A stretch of 64,000 nucleotides of DNA from a virus. Shown piece after piece: positions 11,201 to 21,200 of the stretch. The stretch is taken from the IMG/VR virus record IMGVR_UViG_3300030390_001781, positions 5,356-69,355 of that record; one strand, written 5' to 3'. The notes under the pieces are model-generated. The model worked only from the letters and a program-made list of their open reading frames with translations, was not told the origin of the DNA and made no database searches. Each line of letters opens with the position of its first letter. Positions within the stretch are counted from its first letter, which is position 1. A program made the position numbers and the translations under genes.

Positions 11201-12573
11201 ATACATTAAATAAATATTATGGAGACCCTATAGACTCATGGAGGCAATTTGAAATTAATTCTTTTGAAGATTTAATGGGTGTTTATGGCGTAATAACAAG
11301 TTCGTCATTTTTATTTAATCAAATATATTCTTTTCAAGAAACAGGCTTTGGTAGACTAAGAGCATTTGATAGAGCAGCATTAGAAAGCGAAACAACACAA
11401 TCTTTAACAACAGGTGTAGGTCCAGCATTAGATGGAATAGATTATATATCTACTTCTGTAGGTAATCAGCATCAATGGTCATTGGTAAATACAGGAAAAG
11501 CTTTTTATTGGATAGACGTATTTAATGGAAAAGCTATGCGTTTTGCTCAAGATGGTTTAGCATACCTTTCTGATTTAAGAGGAATGCACTCATATTTTGA
11601 AAAAGAATCAAGTTTTTTTATAAACAAAGATAACCCTGCTTTAAATAATGGAATACTTGGAGCTTGGAACTCAAAAGATAGAGATGTTTATTGGACTTTT
11701 AACAGAGATGAATACATTACTTATAATGTTAATTTTTATATTATTAACGATGTTATTGATGCGTCAAGTTATTATGGAAACAATGAAACTGTTTTTGTTA
11801 ATTGGACTGGCTTAACTACTGTAGGTAATGGTTTGTTTTTACCTGTTGGTAATTCTACAAGTGGTAATAATTCCAATGTAATACAATATGTTAGTTTGTC
11901 AGGAACTTCTAACAACATGTTTGTTAACCAAAATAAAAACGGTGTAATTACAGGCTTAGTACAAATGCAAGCAAGTCAAAATTATATCTTTTTTAGAGAA
12001 TCAGAAAATGATGATTGGCAGTTTACTTCTTTTGGTACTGATAAGAGCAAAATAACGCCATTTAGAGCAACTGTAGTTTATTCTGAATACATAACTCAGT
12101 TTACACAATTTCATAGCTTTAAACCAAACTTTTACATTTGTCATAATAAGTTTATTTTAAGTGAACAAGCTAGTATAGTTTCTAAAGAGTTTTATGTTCA
12201 TGGACAAAATTTACTACACGCTAATTATTACGGTAAAGACAATAAAACAAGTTTAACAGTTACAGTAAGTGATAAAGGTGAGTTTGCAAAGTTGTTTGAT
12301 AATATAAGAGTTGCAATAAACAAACAAGGTGTTTCTAAAATGGATAAGTTTATTTTTTCTACAGAACAACAGAAAAGATTTTATAACGTACAATCAGACA
12401 CAAGAGTTAGATTTTTAGAAGATAACTTTAGACTCCCTATTAGAACCATGAAGCAACAAGACCGTATGAGAGGTAGGTGGTTGTCTATGATTTTTGAATT
12501 TGATAATAATACAAACTATCCAATTAAAATTGATAACTTAATAAATCATTATAGACTTTCTAACAGAAGATAA
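8230..12573 (+). CDS. tail stabilisation / muzzle protein (P22 gp10-like)
   Basis: 1447 aa beta-rich; FSKGLNRDYDP start, GVYQYTYRL, FRGETYRFAIVFYD, RMRGRW motifs of crAss Tstab. Confidence 0.8.
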   Translation: MTQISKNIFSKGLNRDYDPTNVSATSMVDNINGKLMFNKRGTLDWVEDNGNKLSFTLNGNSGADLNRYVPIGYAGNGNIKIIFSVRQNLSFSEIGILGTDLEGNGTYATLFNDANDPNNQKLNFKTTNQICARFLYENNETIRVYWVDGVETDSNPPRVFTIKYNIALEKNDVTAYSIVTNSVHSINSQSEFNIGIIKYNKRLSGSILTGVYQYTYRLLTDDGYATGWVTPTNKVFVTSDNYNTTNSNLYEMEGSGIDSGKGNRIEIKGVDDRYNRIQVAYLYSKTKAIVDESNIFSDTAIISGTTTMSFDHVANVGEPLITDTIAQRFQGIVAAKTLEVKDSVLYYGNIIENLLKITSAELETILSGLAITPKFRDMRSDTIGLTRNTTPLVNAEGVAQGTINKQMYNGQQEPYNVTNDYINYKGTQTEHLFTGYFRGETYRFAIVFYDKLGYPYFAFHLADFTFPDQYDTTYKWNRLKLDGTTTGVTTANLTIAASTTNDYHHTPLVGEPVLLNDPLHNDTYSHLRIMGIDVSGIDITTIKDKISGFSIVRTDRDATIINQGLIMPTLVDATTNTITRPHLTSFHRWDNTNPTQANLSRTLFNLHEYNGSVNNKYKSRPNQSVFYCPDYDFDETTIPTVQTSDTLKIVGSCYKAPNETYVQDSGGSYNGAHMTYIAQLQSSPRESPCVISKWYRSYNPYHESPADYFPQYGRNVNGIEYQVRLGFRSTVTAYEGNLDFHNAIQYKTGSAPTTEGLIAQLTSYWGYGKKNTLLYKHGNFTGNQSVSPFFNYSGGTSSLNRNTGGGSLIANYVKQNTTVYGGLTISSMQQTIFYSTGHFQPIGNSDFPEATNDLYNNIEVYGGDCYLDYFGFLRIYGRYETNNSGDDVSYGVVFPYESTINHTMRQASSSTEPMYPNVGHRGYNSFNSQAANVFGGSIFASGLFYDIVSGNALFEEFNYNDVLTFSELTKFFNTQPFAFQNVNEYPIRWRHTLNKYYGDPIDSWRQFEINSFEDLMGVYGVITSSSFLFNQIYSFQETGFGRLRAFDRAALESETTQSLTTGVGPALDGIDYISTSVGNQHQWSLVNTGKAFYWIDVFNGKAMRFAQDGLAYLSDLRGMHSYFEKESSFFINKDNPALNNGILGAWNSKDRDVYWTFNRDEYITYNVNFYIINDVIDASSYYGNNETVFVNWTGLTTVGNGLFLPVGNSTSGNNSNVIQYVSLSGTSNNMFVNQNKNGVITGLVQMQASQNYIFFRESENDDWQFTSFGTDKSKITPFRATVVYSEYITQFTQFHSFKPNFYICHNKFILSEQASIVSKEFYVHGQNLLHANYYGKDNKTSLTVTVSDKGEFAKLFDNIRVAINKQGVSKMDKFIFSTEQQKRFYNVQSDTRVRFLEDNFRLPIRTMKQQDRMRGRWLSMIFEFDNNTNYPIKIDNLINHYRLSNRR

Positions 12574-12575
12574 TT

Positions 12576-13433
12576 ATGGCAATATTTGAAGACAATAGAG
12601 AATTATCTACCCAAAAAAAGCATGTTGGAATGGATAAGGTAAAAGGATTTAAAAAAACTCTTTTATCTGTAATGGGTTACAAAGATACAGGAGAAAGAAA
12701 TGCTTGGGGAAGAACAGGAATAGCTGGAACTCTTGGTATGGCTACAGCAGGTGGCAGTAGGCTTTTAGCTAAAGGTCTTGCAAAAGGAAGTGATGCCCAT
12801 CAAGTTATGAAAGAAACAGATGATGAATATTTAAGTGCAGGATTAGCTAAAGGTAAATTCTTATACGAAAGTGGTAAAGCTGTTGCATCATTAATAGTAC
12901 CTGGTGCTGAAGGTGCTGAAAGTTTAATGAAAGGTGGCAAAACATCAACTACTCCTGACTTAGCTACAACTCCTATTAATAAAACAAGTAATATAGCAGA
13001 TAGTACTGCTGGTCAAAATCTTGCTAACATGATTACTCAACAAAGTAATCAAGATACTCAAGATGTTGTAAGTTCTAATGTTGATAGTATAATAGGAAAA
13101 AAATCTGATTCAGAACTACTTAAATCTATGGGTGATAACTATATGCTTGATGATAGTGGGGAAAAAATATATAAAGACGGATTTGGAGGTATCGTAGAAG
13201 ATATGACTCAAGAAGAGTATGATGCTAAAACGTTAGCTGATAAACAAGCTAAACGTAAAAAACAACAAGAACAAACTTCAAACCTTTTAGATAAAATACC
13301 TGTAATTGGTGGTGTTGCTAGTAGTGGTTTGGAATTAGTTGCTGCTCAAAAAAATTACACACAAGAAGCTGAAAAAGAAGCAATGAAGTTTAAAAGAAAA
13401 ACTGCGTCAGAAACAGCATTTAATTTATTATAG
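12576..13433 (+). CDS. putative cargo/ejection protein
   Basis: Gly/Ala-rich amphipathic segments; follows muzzle gene. Confidence 0.45.
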   Translation: MAIFEDNRELSTQKKHVGMDKVKGFKKTLLSVMGYKDTGERNAWGRTGIAGTLGMATAGGSRLLAKGLAKGSDAHQVMKETDDEYLSAGLAKGKFLYESGKAVASLIVPGAEGAESLMKGGKTSTTPDLATTPINKTSNIADSTAGQNLANMITQQSNQDTQDVVSSNVDSIIGKKSDSELLKSMGDNYMLDDSGEKIYKDGFGGIVEDMTQEEYDAKTLADKQAKRKKQQEQTSNLLDKIPVIGGVASSGLELVAAQKNYTQEAEKEAMKFKRKTASETAFNLL

Positions 13434-13435
13434 AC

Positions 13436-16270
13436 ATGGGAAAAATAGAAGAACAAAAAGAAATAGAAGGAGTAGATTATGAATTAGTTGTAATAGATGA
13501 TGAAGGTAATACAGAAAAACAATATCTAATAGACGGTATTCCAGTTGCAGGTGTTACTGCTGAACAATACCGTTTAAGAAAATATGAAAATATAGATATA
13601 GAAGGTATAGACTATATTATAAAAACAGATGAATCAGGAGATTCTTATAGAGAGTCAACAGTAATTACACCTGGTGGTGTTACAGCAGTAACAGAAATGG
13701 CTGATGGAGATCCTGATATGGTTGAATATTATATAAACAAAAAAATAGAAAATAGAGAAAAGTTTAAATACAAGCCAAAAGTAATAGATGAATATAAGGA
13801 TATTTTAAATAGTAATAATCTTCCAAAAGAAGGAATAGACTATAGGGTAGATAGTACTTATGCAGAAAATGAATTATTTACAAAAAGAATACCATTAGTA
13901 AATGGATTTGAAATTGATTCTCTTGAAGCAGAAGACGCTAGAATAGAAGAACAAAAAAAATATAGAGAAGCTTATATAGAAAAAAGAAAAAAACAATCAC
14001 AAGGTGTTAATAATGGACTTTTTGGAAAAGAAGGAAAAGATTGGGAATGGAGAGATATAGGTGGAAAAATTGTAAGAAAAGCAATTGGAACTGCTGATAA
14101 TGAAAAAGATTGGTCAGAGCGTGCTTTTGAAAATACAAGAGGGAAAAATGGTGTAGAAGGTATTGATTATGTAAACCATGTTGACTTGATGGGTATTTAT
14201 TATAAAGATAGTTATTATAAAGATACATTTAGATCGGAGTTTGATAAAAAAATAAATGATTCAAAAGAAAAATTTATTGTAAAAAACGAAGAAGACAAAA
14301 TAAAAGCTAAAAAAATTGCTGATGAAAAAGCAAAAAAGCAAGCTATAATAGACAAAGAAAATGCTAAAAAGAAAGCTGTAGCAGACAAAGAAAAAGCTGA
14401 AAAGAAAGCTGTAGCAGATAAAATAAAAGCTGAAAAAGAAGCTGCAATAAATAAAGCAAAAGCTGATGCTATACAATTAGAAAATGAAAAACTTGATGCT
14501 GCAAGAGAACAATTTAAAGATGAAGAAATAACAGCAGAAAAAAGTGCAATAGTTTATAATACTGACGGTACAATAAAAAATTATGAAACAACTATTACTA
14601 CTGACTCAGGAAGAACTCAAGTTATTACTAGCGACAAACCAGGTAAATTAAAAACTGCTTTTGGAGATACTTTTTTAACAATAGAAGACAGTCCTGATAG
14701 TTATAAAATTGACAAAGGAAATTTAGAAACAAAAAAATTACTAGATAAAGATATAGCAAAAAATAAATTTGAAGAATTAATTAATTTATCAAAAACTAAT
14801 AACGGTTTAAGTACTGATGAAATAAAATTAGCTGAAAAAGTTTATGATGTAAGAAAATTTCAACTTAAACAAGACAAACTTTTAGCCGAAAAAACTTATG
14901 AAAAATCAGACAAAGATAGTGATGAAGAAAAAATTGAAAATATTGAATCAGATGAAAATAGTTTAAAAAATATATTTGATTATGAAATCTTATTAAGAGA
15001 AGCTAGAAAAAGATTTGATGCACAAGGGGTAACTGCAAATAAATTATATAAACAAGCTAAAGAAGATTTAGAGTCTGGTGAAATTACATCTGAAGAATTT
15101 GAAAAAAGAGAAAACGCATATAACCAATGGGATAAGATACACGATAAACAAGGTGGAGCAATTAGTAGTCGTGAATCAGCTAGAGATAATGCTGCTAAAT
15201 ATGACGCAAACCCAAGTACAATAAAAAAAATGGGTTCTGAAACAATGCGATTATATATGAAAGCATTTGGTTCTGATGATGAATTTTTAAATGATTATTT
15301 AACTAATCAATCTGTTTCAGCAGATGAAAATGAAATTGTTGCTGAAAACGAAACTATTGAAGAAATAAAACCTCTAAAATCATTAGATAAAAAGAATACA
15401 AGAAAAAGTTCTTCAAATAGTATAGGTGTAAATAAAACAAGTAATCAAGTAGTTGATGAAAATGAAATAGTTAATGATTTCACAAATCAAAGTACATATA
15501 CTGATAATTCATATTATGATGAACAAATAGCTGAAATAGATGAACAGTTAAACAGTATGAATACTGCCGAAGAGTTTACTCCTGATTTATCAAGTCTTGA
15601 AAATAAAGATAAATATGGTAATTTAATATCTATGGCTGCTGATTTAGGAACTGGTTACATGGGCTTAAAAGGAGCTATGGAAGAAGTTCCTGAGTATCAA
15701 AAAGGAGAAATGTTTAATGCTTATACAGATGAAGCGTATAGGCAAAGAAACATGGGATTGTCTTCTGAAGAAATGGGATTGCGTAAACAATTAGCAGAGC
15801 GTGGTTTTGGATATGATGTTAAAAATATTAGAAGATTATCAGGAGGTTCTGCTGGTGTTGCTTTAGGAAATTTAGGTAGAGCGTCAGGAACTCTACAAAA
15901 TAGATATGCACAAATGGCAGCAGAAGATTCAGCTACTAGAAGATTAAATCAACAAAGATTTGATAGGGCGGCTTTATCAGATGAAAATTTTAACAGAAGG
16001 AAGTTTGAGGATAGTTTTAAAACAACTATGTTAAATAAAGAAATGGGTGCTCAACTTGTTCGTGATAAAATAAAAAACATGAATGAGCGTGCTGATTACG
16101 AAAAACAATTTGGTGAAGGAAGTATGTATAATGAACTTTCAAAAGAAATGTTAAAAGGTAAGCAGTATAATAATCAAGCTTTAAAAATGTCACAAGAATA
16201 TCAAAAAGAAAAACAAGAAAGTTTCTTAAAAGATAGAAGAAAAAGGCTTGAAGATAACAAAACTAAATAG
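13436..16270 (+). CDS. putative cargo/ejection protein with EGxDY repeats and a Lys/Ala-rich helical repeat
   Basis: 944 aa; coiled coils; C-terminal RLSGGSAGVALGNL segment; synteny. Confidence 0.5.
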   Translation: MGKIEEQKEIEGVDYELVVIDDEGNTEKQYLIDGIPVAGVTAEQYRLRKYENIDIEGIDYIIKTDESGDSYRESTVITPGGVTAVTEMADGDPDMVEYYINKKIENREKFKYKPKVIDEYKDILNSNNLPKEGIDYRVDSTYAENELFTKRIPLVNGFEIDSLEAEDARIEEQKKYREAYIEKRKKQSQGVNNGLFGKEGKDWEWRDIGGKIVRKAIGTADNEKDWSERAFENTRGKNGVEGIDYVNHVDLMGIYYKDSYYKDTFRSEFDKKINDSKEKFIVKNEEDKIKAKKIADEKAKKQAIIDKENAKKKAVADKEKAEKKAVADKIKAEKEAAINKAKADAIQLENEKLDAAREQFKDEEITAEKSAIVYNTDGTIKNYETTITTDSGRTQVITSDKPGKLKTAFGDTFLTIEDSPDSYKIDKGNLETKKLLDKDIAKNKFEELINLSKTNNGLSTDEIKLAEKVYDVRKFQLKQDKLLAEKTYEKSDKDSDEEKIENIESDENSLKNIFDYEILLREARKRFDAQGVTANKLYKQAKEDLESGEITSEEFEKRENAYNQWDKIHDKQGGAISSRESARDNAAKYDANPSTIKKMGSETMRLYMKAFGSDDEFLNDYLTNQSVSADENEIVAENETIEEIKPLKSLDKKNTRKSSSNSIGVNKTSNQVVDENEIVNDFTNQSTYTDNSYYDEQIAEIDEQLNSMNTAEEFTPDLSSLENKDKYGNLISMAADLGTGYMGLKGAMEEVPEYQKGEMFNAYTDEAYRQRNMGLSSEEMGLRKQLAERGFGYDVKNIRRLSGGSAGVALGNLGRASGTLQNRYAQMAAEDSATRRLNQQRFDRAALSDENFNRRKFEDSFKTTMLNKEMGAQLVRDKIKNMNERADYEKQFGEGSMYNELSKEMLKGKQYNNQALKMSQEYQKEKQESFLKDRRKRLEDNKTK
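14368..14445 (+). repeat. ~33-bp coding tandem repeat (KKAVADKEKAE-like)
   Basis: aaagaaagctgtagcagacaaagaaaaagctga followed by aaagaaagctgtagcagataaaataaaagctga. Confidence 0.6.
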
Positions 16271-16272
16271 AT

Positions 16273-16428
16273 ATGGCTACTAAAAAAGGATTGTATGCAA
16301 ACATACATGCAAAGAGAAAAAGAATAAAAAACGGTTCTGGAGAAAGTATGCGTAAACCAGGAAGTAAAGGTGCGCCGTCTGCAGCTAATTTTAAAAGAGC
16401 AAAAAAAACAGTTAAAAAAAGAAAGTAA
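16273..16428 (+). CDS. small very basic protein (51 aa; not in ORF track)
   Basis: Hand translation MATKKGLYANIHAKRKRIKNGSGESMRKPGSKGAPSAANFKRAKKTVKKRK*; fills the gap exactly. Confidence 0.75.
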   Translation: MATKKGLYANIHAKRKRIKNGSGESMRKPGSKGAPSAANFKRAKKTVKKRK

Positions 16429-16430
16429 TT

Positions 16431-16628
16431 ATGAAAGGCGTTAAACATTACAAAAGAGATGGAACTGAACACAAAGGTAGTACGCACAAAATGTCTAATG
16501 GCACTTTACATTCAAATAAATCTCACACTAAAACAAGTGTTAAATTATTTCATTTTAAAGAACTAAGCAAGACAGCTAAAAAGAAAGCTGAAAATTCAGT
16601 TAAGAAAAAAAAAGCTACTAGTAAATAA
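16431..16628 (+). CDS. small basic His-rich protein
   Basis: 65 aa, MKGVKHYKRDGTEHKGSTHKM...; tightly packed after the previous gene. Confidence 0.7.
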   Translation: MKGVKHYKRDGTEHKGSTHKMSNGTLHSNKSHTKTSVKLFHFKELSKTAKKKAENSVKKKKATSK

Positions 16629-16640
16629 AATAAAAAAACA

Positions 16641-18221
16641 ATGGGAGATTTCGGATTATACGCTGCATTATCAGGAACAGATAATTGGGCTCAAAAACGT
16701 CAAGACAAGGCTTCTAACTTAATGATGTTAGGACAAATGGAGCAACGTTCTCAACAAGAAGTTGCTGCACAAATGCAAGCTGAACAAGGTATTCAAGAGC
16801 AGTTAGATAAAATAAATGAATTTGATGTATTACCTGAAGATAAAAAAGATATTGAAGAAGCAGAGCAAAGGTCAAGACTAGGTATAATTAAAGGTATAAC
16901 TAAGTTTAATGGCGACCTTAGAAAATATATGGCTTCAGGTGGTTTAACTGATTTAGGAGAGTATAGAAGAGGTATTCTAAATTCTAGTGAAATGAAAAAC
17001 GCTGTACATAATAAAGGTCAATATGCACAGTATCTTGATGCTAAACAAAAAGATATGTTTGTTGGCTCTTCTGAAATTGAAGTTCCTGTTTTTGATTCTA
17101 AAGGAAATCCAAAAATGAAAGATGGTGAAATAGTTAGAGAAAGAAAAAGATTAACTATGGATCAACAATTAGCATTGAAAAAAAGAGGTATGCTTGATAG
17201 AATTAATGTTGGAATGATTGAAAAGAAAGGAAACGTTAATCCACAATTTTTTAAATCTAATTTTAAAGATGCTAGAAAGCCTTGGTCAAAAGATAATATA
17301 GTTACTGAAATGGACGTAAGAGAAGCTTTAAAATTACAAGGAATAAGTGATGAACAAGCAGATAAAATGTCTAGTGAGTATGGTAGAGGTTTGACTAATG
17401 AAAATGCTCTTAAATGGAAAGCAATGAACTACCTTGATTTAGAACTTACAAAGTCTAAAATAGCAGCACAAAAAGCAGCAGCAGCTAAATCACGAGCAGG
17501 TACTCGTTCAGCTAAAACTAGAATAACTAATACTATTCCTACTCAATATGCAAGACTAGAAGAAAGACCTAGCCGTATGTTGCCCAAGCATGGAAGAATG
17601 GGGAAAACAAATGCAAGAGGTGCTTCTTTATCTATAACTGCTGATGAAAATAAATTTTTTCAAGAAGCTATTAAAAGATTAAATCCACAAGCATTTGACG
17701 CACACTTTGAAGGAATGAGACCTGAAGACCAACAAGACGGACATGGTACATTTGATTTGCGTAATTCTAGAATAAATTTAAGAGAAAAAGTTTCTGTTTA
17801 TAATCCAATTACAAAACAGAATGAAGCAATGATACAAGCTGAAGTTTTTTATGATCTAAAAAATGCTACTGAATATATGAACTCTGTACAAAACAATTGG
17901 AAAGAACATACATATCAAATTAAAGATGTTTGGAATAAACAAGATGAAGAGTTTGAAACACGAACAATAGAAGGTTTTATTGGAAAAGTTTATATACCTA
18001 TAGATAACCTTGTAAAAGATAAAGGTATGATGACTGAATTGTCTAAAGATTTAAATAGAGGAACTAACATTGACAACTACCAACAAGGGGCAACAAATCA
18101 AAGTGTGAATGTAAACAATCAACAAAATATAAATGAGATGATTCAGTTTTTACAAACTGAAAAAGGAATTAGCTATGAAAAAGCTCAACAAATAGTGTAT
18201 CAAAGATTAAGTAATAATTAA
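16641..18221 (+). CDS. putative cargo/ejection protein
   Basis: 526 aa with N-terminal coiled coil, immediately before RNAP gene. Confidence 0.5.
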   Translation: MGDFGLYAALSGTDNWAQKRQDKASNLMMLGQMEQRSQQEVAAQMQAEQGIQEQLDKINEFDVLPEDKKDIEEAEQRSRLGIIKGITKFNGDLRKYMASGGLTDLGEYRRGILNSSEMKNAVHNKGQYAQYLDAKQKDMFVGSSEIEVPVFDSKGNPKMKDGEIVRERKRLTMDQQLALKKRGMLDRINVGMIEKKGNVNPQFFKSNFKDARKPWSKDNIVTEMDVREALKLQGISDEQADKMSSEYGRGLTNENALKWKAMNYLDLELTKSKIAAQKAAAAKSRAGTRSAKTRITNTIPTQYARLEERPSRMLPKHGRMGKTNARGASLSITADENKFFQEAIKRLNPQAFDAHFEGMRPEDQQDGHGTFDLRNSRINLREKVSVYNPITKQNEAMIQAEVFYDLKNATEYMNSVQNNWKEHTYQIKDVWNKQDEEFETRTIEGFIGKVYIPIDNLVKDKGMMTELSKDLNRGTNIDNYQQGATNQSVNVNNQQNINEMIQFLQTEKGISYEKAQQIVYQRLSNN

Positions 18222-18234
18222 TAAAATACTATAG

Positions 18235-18242
18235 TATATTTG
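18235..18242 (+). promoter_or_regulatory. candidate Bacteroidota sigma70 -7 box (TATATTTG)
   Basis: Exact TAnnTTTG 20 nt upstream of the RNAP ATG in a 41-nt intergenic gap. Confidence 0.45.
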
Positions 18243-18262
18243 TTATATATAAAAAACATCAA

Positions 18263-21200
18263 ATGGGAGAAACTAATAACTCTAATAACGCAACTTCTGA
18301 AAATCAAAGAGAAATAAATAATGAAGAGTATGCAGATGCGTTTAAATCGTTAGACGAAAATTTCAATATCCCTGATATAGCTCAATCTTTTTCAGACACA
18401 CAAGAACAAATAGACCCATTTAATGCTGGAATTGCTTTTCAAGAAGAATCACCAACTTTTACAGAGTTTGACCAAGGAGTTTTAGGAGATTTTATTAGTG
18501 GAGTATATAATACTTTAATTGTTGGTTCAGTAGAAGGTATGATTAATTTAGCTCCTACTATATCTAATGCAATTACAGAAACAGAAGTTGCAAACAATTG
18601 GATAGATAGTGTTAGTAAGTTTGCATATGAATTTGAACTTGGTTACTCTGATGATTTTTATAAGCCAATAGAGAAATTTGATGACATTAATGCTACTCAT
18701 TTTACTGCAGGATTAGGAAATGGAATTGGATTTGTTATAGGTATTGGAAAGTTTGCTAAAGCAGGTCAGTTACTTTCAAAATCAGGAAGATTAATAAGAA
18801 AAGGTGAGAAGTTACTTGAAGGAACAAGTAAAGCTTTTAAATCTGGTGCTAAAGCAAGAAATAGTATTGATGATATTGTAAAAGCAATATTTAAAAAAGG
18901 TAAAACATCAAAATTAAAAAAAGTACCAAAATTTAAAGAAGGCTTAAAAGGAAAGAAACGAGTTGACATGTTAAACAAGTTAAAAAAACTTGAACAAACA
19001 GGAGAAAGCTCATTAAAAAATTCAGCTCGTTTTGGTAGTTTTATGGGTGGAACTACTATGATGTATGGTATGGTTCAAGAAGAGGCTTTAGCAGCAGGCT
19101 TAGACCGTACTGATGCAGCAAGATTTGCTTTGACTGTAGCTGGTGTAGTTTCTTTAACAGAAGGTGCGGCTCTTGAAGCTGTTGGAGCAATACCTGCTTT
19201 AGCTGCTAAAAGACAAATAGTAAAAGCAGCAGCACAAAAAAGTTTTAAAGGGATGGCTGGAAAGCCTCCAAGCAAAATATTAGAAGCTTTTTTACCTAAA
19301 TATTCAAACGCTTTAAAAGCTGCAGATATAGCTAAGGGTGTAATGGTAGAATCTTTTCAAGAATTTACACAAACATATATTGAAGAAGGTGCTAAACAAT
19401 TTTACGATGTAGTTTTTGCAGATAAAGATGCTAAAGTAGGTAAAGGTAAATTTGGTCAAGAAGTATTTGATTTAGATGCTGATTCTTTTGGTGATTTCTT
19501 TTTAGACGGTGAAGATGCTACAAGAACTTTTACTAATAGTGTATTTGCAGGAATACTTGGTGGTATTATTGGTGGTGGAATGGCTGGTTTGCAACTTAAT
19601 GCAATTGGAGGTGAAAGAAATATTGGTAACGAAAGTGCTTTTAATTTAATTGCAGATGATGTTATAAATAAAAAAACAAAAAATAGAGATAAAATAAATC
19701 AAGCTTTAACTAAGGCTTACAACGACGATAATATTTCTAAGCAAGATATTGATGCAACAAACGAAATCTTAGACGAGATGGAAGCTTTTGTTCAAAAAAA
19801 CAATCTTGTAAAACAAGTTGAAGATCCTATTGCTCAATATCAAATGTTTAATCTTTTTAAAGCTGGTAAAGTTGTAGAGAGTAAAACAAAAACTAAAGAA
19901 CAATTAGAAAAAGAACTACAAGGTGAACTTGATAAAACTATAGAAGAAAGACTTATAGACCAAGAAAATAAAAATAGTTTATTTGATTTAATTTCAAGTG
20001 CTATTAATATAAATTACGAAGAAATATACAGAACAGAAAAAGCTGAAACTAAAGACCCAGATGAATTTAATGATAAGGTTTTAGCTTATCAGTATTTAGC
20101 TGAACAAGTTGATGGTAATGTTTTTACAACAGAAGAAGAAGTATTAGCTGAACTTGATAAAATATATAGTAGTGAATTTAAAAAACAATATCAAACTATA
20201 GAAAAAACTGTTAAGGAACAATTAGAAAAACAAGAAGAAAGAGGTGATTTCTTAAATGAAGTTGAAGAAGAAGAGTTTAACGAATTTAAAGATAATGGTA
20301 ACATATCTAAAAAAAGAATAAACTACTTAGCTCAAAAGTTAAAGAACAAAAAAGACTTTAATGAGTATGAGCAAAAAATGTATGATGCTAAAAAATCTGA
20401 AGTTGAACAAGCTCGTGATTTCTTTATAAAAGAAGAAAAGGAAGCTAAAGCTGAACAAGAAAAAGCTAAGGAAGAAAATAAGTTTAAACCTAATGAGGGA
20501 GAAAGAAAAAAAGAAGAAAAAGGAGAAAAAGAGGAAAATAAAGAAAAACCTTTTAATGAAGAAGAATATAAAAAGTATTTAGAAACATTAACTGAAGAGC
20601 AATTAAAGGAAGAGTTTGATAATGTAGTTACTAAATCTGATAGTAATGTAAAAGAAAAATTAGATTCTATAAATAAAGAAGATACAAGAAGAATAAAAAA
20701 CAAAAAGCCTACAGGTAAAACTAAGGAAGAGATAAAAGCTGAGAAAGAAGAAGCTAAAAAGAAAGCTAAAGAAAAGACAATAAAAGACAAAATAAATGAT
20801 ATCCTTAATATAGGGAAATCTAAAAAAAGTGGTAAAAACTATTCTAAAAAATCAGCTAAAGATGTAGGTCAAGACCTTTTTTCTGCAGTATTAGGAGCAA
20901 TGAAATCAGCACCTAATTATAATTCAGAAGAAGCTAAAACACTTTTTAAAGAATACGCTAAAACTGTACACCCTGATAAAAACAATCAAACTTCAGAAAG
21001 AGAAGCTTTAGCTACTGCAATTCTTTCGGCAATGACAGAAGCTAGGGATAAGGGGCGTGTAGATGTGTTAAAAAAATTAAAAGAACTTTTTGATACAGAA
21101 ATAGCTAAACTTCCTAAAGCAGAAAAAGAAACTAAAAAGAAAGAAGAGCAAAAGAAGAAAGAAAGAGAAGCTAAAGAGCAAGAAGAAGAACAAGAAAACA

